Origin: Zootoca vivipara
Lineage: Eukaryota
Direction: 5' to 3'
Assembly: GCF_963506605.1 (NCBI RefSeq)
Contig: NC_083289.1
Location: forward strand, 54,064,001-54,128,000
Length of the DNA stretch: 64,000 nucleotides
Position 1 is the stretch's first letter, and each line of letters begins with the position of its first letter. Made by a program: the position numbers and the translations under genes. The notes beneath the pieces are model-generated. The model was given only the letters and a program-made list of their open reading frames with translations. It was not told where the DNA came from and did no database searches. This document shows, piece by piece, positions 57,606 through 64,000 of the stretch.

Positions 57606-59427
57606 AAAAGTGAACGATTCATGTGGCGGAAGCCTAAAGGGCCATTCACTGTTAACAACTCATTCTCAAATTGCCCCCCTTAAAAATCAAATTGCTCCCT
57701 TGTGGGGCGTGTGCCCCACGTCAGGAACCACAACCTTAGCCCCTCGCAGCTTCTCTCTTTGCATGTTTGGCTGCCCCAACTTCCCCCCTCCAGGCCTTCC
57801 GAAGAAGATGCCCCCCCACTTCCCCATGGAGCTCCTCCCCCTCCATTCAGAGGGTGCAGTTACCCAGGGAAGGGGCAGGAGGCAGAGGGCCTCTTATCTG
57901 CTGCTCTGCACTGATCTGTCGGGAAGGGGGTTCTTGCGGGGGGGGGGGCATACGAGAGGGAAAGAACCGGCCAGACCTTTGACAGGTTTTTCTTCCAATT
58001 CCACAAGGAGGGGGAAATTGGTTTCTCTAATTCCAGTGGCACTCTGTGTGATTCTAAAATTCACCCCCCCCCCGCCTCTTTCAGTCCCTTCTACAGCAGT
58101 TGTACTATCCCAAAACCTCTTCTCCTTTCTCTCCCCCCCCCACAGCTCTTCCGGGGTCAAGAAGCAGCTGCCCCATGAGTTGCCCCGGCCGGTCTCTGTG
58201 GAGCGCCCCATGGCCGTCCACCCGTGGGTCAGCGCCCAGCTGCGCAACGTCGTCCAGCCTTCGCACCCCTTCATCCAGGACCCCACCATGCCCCCCAACC
58301 CGGCCCCCAACCCGCTGACGCAGCTGGAGGAAGCCCGGCGGCGCCTGGAGGAGGAGGAGAAGAGGACGGGGAAGCCGCCAGCCAAGCAGCGGTACGGCCA
58401 AGGGGGGCGCTCTTTGGGGGGGAGGGGGGTGGCCTTGTCCTGGCCGCGGGATGGACCAAGAATGGGTGGGTGACTGTCTCCCCCCAAAGCCCCTGGGCCT
58501 GCACCTGGTCCACTGTCTTTTAGAGCGAGGAGAGGGCTGCTAGGAAACAGATAGAGCTTTTCCAGTGAAACGAGTCACTTAGCCGGCACCTCGTCAAGGT
58601 TTACTTTATTTAGACGTTACTTTGAGAAATTTTTGTCTTTTCTATATCCAAGTTTCTTTGGGGAAATTTAAACCTATTATGTTTCTTTGAGTAATCGTTA
58701 GTTGAGTTTTAGTATCGTTCACTTTATCAATATCTCGTGTCAGGGATTTATCACGGCATAGTTTTGTTGTTGTTGTTTTGCGCGGGTTTGGCTCCCAGGC
58801 AGGCAGGCAGGCAAAAAAGCCCCGAGCAGCTGCAGATGGGGGCCAAAAGACACTCCCCACCCTCAAGGGCTTGTAGCCAACGGGGGGGGGGAGCATGTGC
58901 CTTGCAGGGGTTCTGCTGCCCTCCAGGGGCTGGTCTGGCCACTCCACTCACGGGTGAAACTGCAACCCGGCGCTTGCTGCTGACTGGTGGGTTCTGTGCA
59001 CAGTCCTCCCCTTTGCACTTTTACCTGCAAAGCAGAGCAGCACTTGGGGGTGGGGGTGGAGAAGGGGTCCCAGCAGCCCTGAGGGGCCTGGGAAGAGAAA
59101 GTGCCCCCTTCTCCTCTGGGGCCTTGGGGTAGTGGCTGGCGGGGGTTTCTCAGCTGCAACGGAGAGAGCAGCTCCCTTTGCCCTCACTGCGAGAAGCGAG
59201 GTTACAGGGAACCAGGCAGAGGGCCTTCTCGGTAGTGGTGCCCGCCCTGTGGAACACCCTCCTGTCAAATGTCAAGGAAATAAACAACTATCTGACTTTT
59301 AGAAGACACATGAAGGCAGCCCTGTTTAGGGAAGTTTTTAATGTTGGATTCTATTTTTAATAATTTGTTGGGAGCCGCCCAGGGTGGCTGGGGAAACCTA
59401 GCCAGATGGGCAGGGTATAAATAATAA

Positions 59428-59463
<36 letters not shown>

Positions 59464-62400
59464 GCTCCATGTTGCTCGCTGCTTCTTTGACTTGAGGAAC
59501 GGACAGAGCTGCTTGGGTTCTCTGCTGCAGTTGGGGGTCTGTGGCGTGAGACTCACTGGCTCTGTGAGAACCCCCCAGCAAAGACACTGGCGAATGTGAG
59601 GGGGCTGAGGGGGTGTGGGCTGTGTGCATTTTGGGCACAGGTGACTAGCTCTCAGCCCCCTTGCTCATGGGGGGAAGCCACCTCTGCTGCTGGCGCCCCC
59701 TTCATAGGAACAAAGGAGATCCTGCTGGATCCAGCCAGTGGCCCATCTAGTCCAACATCCCAAAGCCCCAAAGGGAATCTGGACGCAGGGCCTGCCTGAG
59801 CCCAGGGAGACTCTCAGCTGCTGTCGATCAGAAGCATCGCTGCCTCCTCTGACTGCGCCGTCAGAGCGTAGCCGGGGGACTACTGGCCATTGAGAGCCCT
59901 CTTCTCCTCCGCAAAGTTGTCTGATCCCCTTTGAAACCCATTCATCCTCCTGCCCAAAGCAGCCACGAGGTCGGCTCCTGTTGTGTTTCTGGGCCCCGAG
60001 CAGAGCTGTGCTTTGGGTCTCTTGCCAGGCGAGGCGTCTCTCCCGGACTCCCTCCTTTCCCACGTGGCTTCTCAGCAGCCGGCAGAGCTTCCCTCCTGTT
60101 CTCCCCGGGAGAGGGCCAGAGAGAAGAGGCCCCAGTTCCCCAGCCTTTGGGGCCTGCACCCCACGGGGCTCCCCGGCCTGCGGCAGGAAGGCTTGTCTAA
60201 TGTCTGAGATTGTTCCCCAGGTATGCCCAAGAGGTGATCCAGCGAGGTCGCTCCTCTGTCAGGCCGGCTTGCATGCCGCTGCTGAGTGTGGTGCCTGCCG
60301 TCTCCGACCTGGATCTCTCCGAGTCTGAGTATGTGCCCCAGCTCTTCGTGTCTTCTCCCTCCCACCTACCCGCCCTGTAGTGCCTCTAGAACCCTCCCCA
60401 CCCCCCACCCTGGGGGGCTTCACTCTGCCGCCTTGCCAGGACCGGCCTCACCCATGGGGCAGCTGGACCAGGGAGCCCAAATGCCACTGGGCACAGCAGA
60501 GAGGCTGCAGCGACCCCTCTGGAGCCCCCTTGGCCCCAACGTGCCCGTTTGCTCGCTGCTGGGAAGCCTCCGATCTGGGAGGCAGCAGCCACTAGGCAGG
60601 TGGAGAGCCTAGTTTTTTTTCTGGCCTCAGCCTCCCACCTGCCCCTGGTGCCCAGTGCAGCTCAGGTGCTAGCGGCAGGTAGTTTGGGGCAGCTTTGAAA
60701 TGGGAGTAGACAAGTTGGAGGAGGAGGACGAGGAGGAGGAGGAGGAGGGTCCGTGGCTTCTAGTGCTGATGCCAAGTGGTGCCAGTGGAAGGCCACCTGC
60801 TTCTCATTGGGGGGGGGGGCAACAGCAGGAGAGGGCTTCATAGAATCATAGAATCCCAGAATCATAGAGTTGGAAGAGACCACGAGGGCCATCCAGTCCA
60901 ACCCCCTGCCAAGCAGGAAACACCATCAAAGCATTCTTGACATATGCCTGTCAAGCCTCTGCTTAAAGACCTCCAAAGAAGGAGACTCCACCACACTCCT
61001 TGGTAGCAAGTTCCACTGCCGAACAGCTCTTACTGTCAGGAAGTTCTTCCTAATGTTGAGGTGGAATCTTCTTTCTTGAAGCTTCTGGCCTCCAGCTGCT
61101 GCATTTGGCCACAGGGAGAGGGTGCTGGGCCAGGGGGGCCTTTGTGGCAGCAGAGTTTCTCCGATGTTCTTCCCAACCTGTTGCCAGGAGGCCTGTCAGG
61201 CTGGTTCTGTGGCTTGCCTTTTGGAGAATAGTGGGGTAGGGGAGCTGAAAAGAATGCCAAGATTTTTCGCATCTGTCAACCAATGTGCTCCTACATGGGT
61301 AGTACATGAGTCTCAAAAGCCCAGGACACACATTTCCACAGATCTCTAGAGGTTCTGGTGGCTCACTTACCAGAAGGAATGTATTTAGTGTTAACTCTGG
61401 AAGTGCAGACTCGATTCTGACTAAATTAAGCCTCCTGGTGTATACAGTCATACCTTGGATCCCAAACGCCCTGGAACTCGGACGTTTTGGCTCCCAAATG
61501 CCGCAAACCCGGAAGTGACTGTTCTGGTTTGCGAACTTTCTTTTGGAACCCGAACATCCGACAGGGCTTCCACGGCTTCTGCTTGGCTGCAGGAGCTTCC
61601 TCTAGTGGTTATGGTGGCTCACTTACAGAAGTAATGTAGTCAAAACAAAACAAAAAAAAATTCCTTCCAGCAGCACCTTAGAGACCAACTAAGTTTGTCA
61701 TTGGTCTGAGCTTTCTCAAACCAATCAGAAGAAGTGTGCACGCATGTCAATGACAAACTTAGTTGGTCTCTAAGGTGCTGCTGGAAGGAATTTTTTTGTT
61801 TTGTTTTGACTACAGTACATTACTTCTGTAAGTGAGCCACCATAACCACTAGAGGGCCATGAACATTTGTGTTCTGGTCTTTTTAGTCTCCTTTACCCAT
61901 GCACTGATACCAAAGGGGCGCTCGGTTGCCAGATGTGAATTTTATTCCAGCTCTCCTGCCGCACTAGAAGGTTTTGTGTCTGGTGCGGCCAATGGCCCCT
62001 CATTGCTTGCGCTGGAGCAGTGGGCTGGGACGGCTTCTTGCTTGGAGCCCCTCCTGCCCCTTTTCCTTGAGAGGAGAGCTGAATTGTGCAGGAGCCGAGC
62101 TGTGGGCTGGTCCAGGGCTCTTGGCGAAGCTCCTTGAAGGAGGCTCCTTGGCAAGCGAGGGCTTTTGCCTTAGCAGGGACATCTTGGGGCCGAGTCGTTC
62201 CCCGAGAAAGAGGTGGCATTCTTTTGTCTGAACAAACCCTCCAGTCTTTGGGGCAGCCTCCCCCCCCCACTCTTTTGGGAATGTCTTTTGCTCAGCTCCC
62301 TGCCTAGTAAGCGTCGCTACATTGGGGGCATCTGTCTCCCCCTTCCCCAGATAGCAATGCCGGTATGGCTGCAGGACCTGCAGGACCCCCCCTGGCCTGG

Positions 62401-64000
62401 TCACCCCCTTCTCTGGGCTGTGCCTTGTTCTTCTCTCTGTGTTCCTGCCCTTTGGTTACAGGAAGTTCCAGTCACCTGCCGCCCTTCTCCTTTGCGCTTC
62501 TGGGACTGTAGAGGAAGCTGTTCTCCCCCCAGAGCTTCCTGGGTTCTGATAGGGGGTGCCTGTGCCGTTCTTGCCCCTGGTTCGCAAGGGAGCCGGTTCC
62601 CTCCCTCCTCCAAGGAAGCTCAGCAGGTGATGTATCCGCTTCCCGCGGTGTAAAGGGCTTGCACTGTGTTTGCCTTGCAGGGCGAAGGTGCAGAAGAGGC
62701 CGGGGGGCAGCTCCGCTCAGCCCTGCGAGAACATTGTGGTGGCCTACTACTTCTGCGGAGAGCCCATCCCCTACCGCACCCTGGTCAAAGGCCGCGTCGT
62801 CACCCTGGGCCACTTCAAGGAGCTGCTCACCAAGAAAGGGAACTACAGGTGAGCAGGGAGGGATGCCTCAGGTCCCTGGCCAATGAGCCTCGCCTCTTTG
62901 GCTCCAGCCTCTGCCCCTAGGGGTGACAAGCCCCACAGACGTGTGGGCCCAACTCTGATGGTTGGCACAGAACCAGGAAAGAGGCAGGGGGAGGGCGCCT
63001 GGGAGACGGATCACTGTGCAAATCTCACCTCCACAAAACCAAGCCAAGAGGTCCTTGGAGAAGGAAACTCAAGTCAAAACCCGATTTTGTTTGCACCAGA
63101 GCTGAGGAAGCCTGTGCCAAGGGAAACCCCAAACACACTATATGGCACGTCAGTTGAGCATGTTCAGAGTTGCACGCTTTCTTCTGAACCGACAATTTCC
63201 ATTTTTTTGCAGAACCTCTCCTTTAGTTTCTGGGCAGAGAGCAGATTGGGCCCATTTTAGAGGTGGGGGTGGCGGGATTCGGGGGCAGCTGAGCTGTGAG
63301 GGGAGCCCTCTGTCAGCGCAGCCATGCACCACATGACCCTTCTTCACATTCTGATGAGGACTAGAGACTTGCTTTAAATCAGGGGGAGCTGTGGGGATCC
63401 TCCTGGTGTCGCCAGACTTCAGCTCCCAACAGCATGGCCAGCAGTCAGAAATTATGGGAGCTGCAGTCCCAAATCCCCTGGAGTGACACAGATTTCTCCA
63501 CCCCGGTTTAAAAAGTGCGCTGGGTTGCCGGTCATTCTGCATCAGGATCCGCAGAGGGTTCGGCCCATTAGTCTGCCGGAAGCCCTGCAAAAGTTTGCAC
63601 ATTTCCTCTGTCCTCGTCACTTGTGCTAAAACGCTGTTGATGGTTTCCAGTGAATCTGTAGAGTTGGAAGAGAGCCTGAGGTTCTTCTGGTCCAAGAATA
63701 TTTTGCCCAACATGGGTGCTCGGAGGACAGGGCCCAGCTGCGGGCAGGGTGGGATTCTGGCCCGGGGTCCTCCTTGCTGCCCCTTTGCCTTCTGCTTTGA
63801 GTTAGTGCTGGAAAGCCCCCACTGAGCCTCCGAGAGGCCGCAGGCTCTGGACCCCCCCACAGCTCTCTGTCCCTGTCTTGCAGGTATTACTTCAAGAAAG
63901 TAAGCGACGAGTTTGACTGCGGCGTGGTGTTCGAAGAGGTGCGGGAGGATGAGGCCGTCCTGCCCATTTTTGAGGAGAAGATCATTGGGAAGGTGGAGAA
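42287..64000 (+). CDS. AXIN1: Axin-1 (last few codons lie beyond the window edge)
   Basis: Coding exons 42287-43167, 52605-52745, 55013-55109, 55315-55452, 55961(or 55958)-56493, 56839-57015, 58146-58391, 60221-60328 (108-nt alternative exon), 62681-62848, 63884->64000. Tankyrase-binding [16 protein letters not shown] domain, GSK3-binding [15 protein letters not shown], beta-catenin-binding [18 protein letters not shown] domain [13 protein letters not shown]...[13 protein letters not shown]. Confidence 0.98.
44118..44335. mobile_element. hAT-type MITE fragment
   Basis: CAGGGGTAGGCAGTCTAAGGCCCGGGGGCCGGATGCGGCCC start. Internal sequence is the reverse complement of 13990-14080. Confidence 0.65.
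44713..45430 (+). repeat. Copy A of a diverged duplication within AXIN1 intron 2
   Basis: Colinear with 51888-52545; shared blocks include TTATGGTTGCCACAA, CAAATTAAAC.ATCCAGAATAAA, CCCATAGCAGAAG and GAACCATGGACTCCTTGGAGAAAAAGGTGGGA. Confidence 0.85.
44898..45033. mobile_element. 136-bp hAT MITE
   Basis: TIRs CAGGCATCCCCAAAC...GTTTGGGGATGCCTG; TSD CACTAAAA/TACTAAAA. Confidence 0.9.
45518..45839. mobile_element. hAT non-autonomous element
   Basis: CAGGGGTTGGCAA...TTGCCGCCCCCTG; perfect TSD CTCTAGAC. Confidence 0.88.
49582..49918. mobile_element. Tigger-like Tc1/mariner MITE with an internal tandem duplication
   Basis: CAGTGGAACCTCGGTTTATGAAC...GTTCATAAACCGAGGTACCACTG|TA. The GGACCCATCTGGAACGGA...TTCCGGAACCAATT block is present twice. 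Confidence 0.88.
50078..50460 (+). mobile_element. Sauria SINE (near full length)
   Basis: tRNA-like head, CTAGCAGTTCGAAAGCAC core and (ACCTTT)n tail. Confidence 0.9.
51209..51675. mobile_element. hAT non-autonomous element containing a (GCT)n repeat
   Basis: CAGGGGTCAGCAAACT...AGTTTGCCTACCCCTG; perfect TSD GTCTAAAG. Confidence 0.9.
51814..51826 (-). promoter_or_regulatory. Candidate CTCF site in AXIN1 intron 2
   Basis: Reverse complement CCACCAGAGGGCG matches the CTCF core. Motif match only. Confidence 0.55.
51888..52545 (+). repeat. Copy B of the AXIN1 intron 2 duplication, including a tRNA-derived SINE
   Basis: Colinear with copy A. Retains the SINE head GGTGTAGTGGTTAGAG...GGGTTCAAATCCC at ~52230-52285. 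Confidence 0.85.
59160..59462 (+). mobile_element. L2-type LINE 3' end with (TTA)n tail (shorter copies at ~17047-17190 and ~46810-46895)
   Basis: [14 protein letters not shown]...[14 protein letters not shown] followed by GTGGCTGGGGAAAC...TATAAATAATAAA(TTA)n. Confidence 0.8.
60838..61078 (-). mobile_element. Young CR1 3' fragment
   Basis: Near-identical to 1335-1566 and 15905-16140. Confidence 0.92.
61599..61855. repeat. ~105-bp-arm palindrome built on a Penelope-like insertion
   Basis: Arms 61599-61703 and 61748-61855 are near-perfect reverse complements. Inner parts are the same repeat family as 3183-3272. Confidence 0.88.

Overview
Vertebrate genomic DNA from a squamate lizard. The basis is BovB, Sauria SINE, CR1, L2 and Penelope-type repeats plus a squamate-type alphaA globin; the repeats look lacertid-like to me, but the species cannot be fixed from sequence alone. 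The region is GC-rich and gene-dense and covers the 3' end of an alpha-globin locus. Gene order: alphaA-globin (+, 4005-4650), globin Y (-, core exons 11905-7395), PGAP6/TMEM8A (+, 13 exons, 17972-24630), MRPL28 (+, 28159-30738), AXIN1 (+, 42287 to the window edge). I rebuilt all exons by hand using GT-AG boundaries and consistent phases; most ORFs in the supplied track are spurious. Main observation: globin Y has an intact frame and heme ligands, but CTG stands where its initiator ATG should be, 19 nt downstream of a strong splice acceptor. A phase-compatible 41-nt coding exon with a strong Kozak ATG and a GTGAGT donor lies 5.5 kb upstream, inside the PGAP6 CpG island and head-to-head with PGAP6. 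This predicts a 174-aa N-terminally extended GbY driven by a borrowed bidirectional promoter (inference; needs RNA evidence). Other observations: uORFs in the AXIN1 leader, a hammerhead-ribozyme-like motif in a Penelope-type insertion upstream of alpha-globin, a Bov-A-like bipartite BovB element, an old duplication within AXIN1 intron 2, and insertion-associated palindromes.
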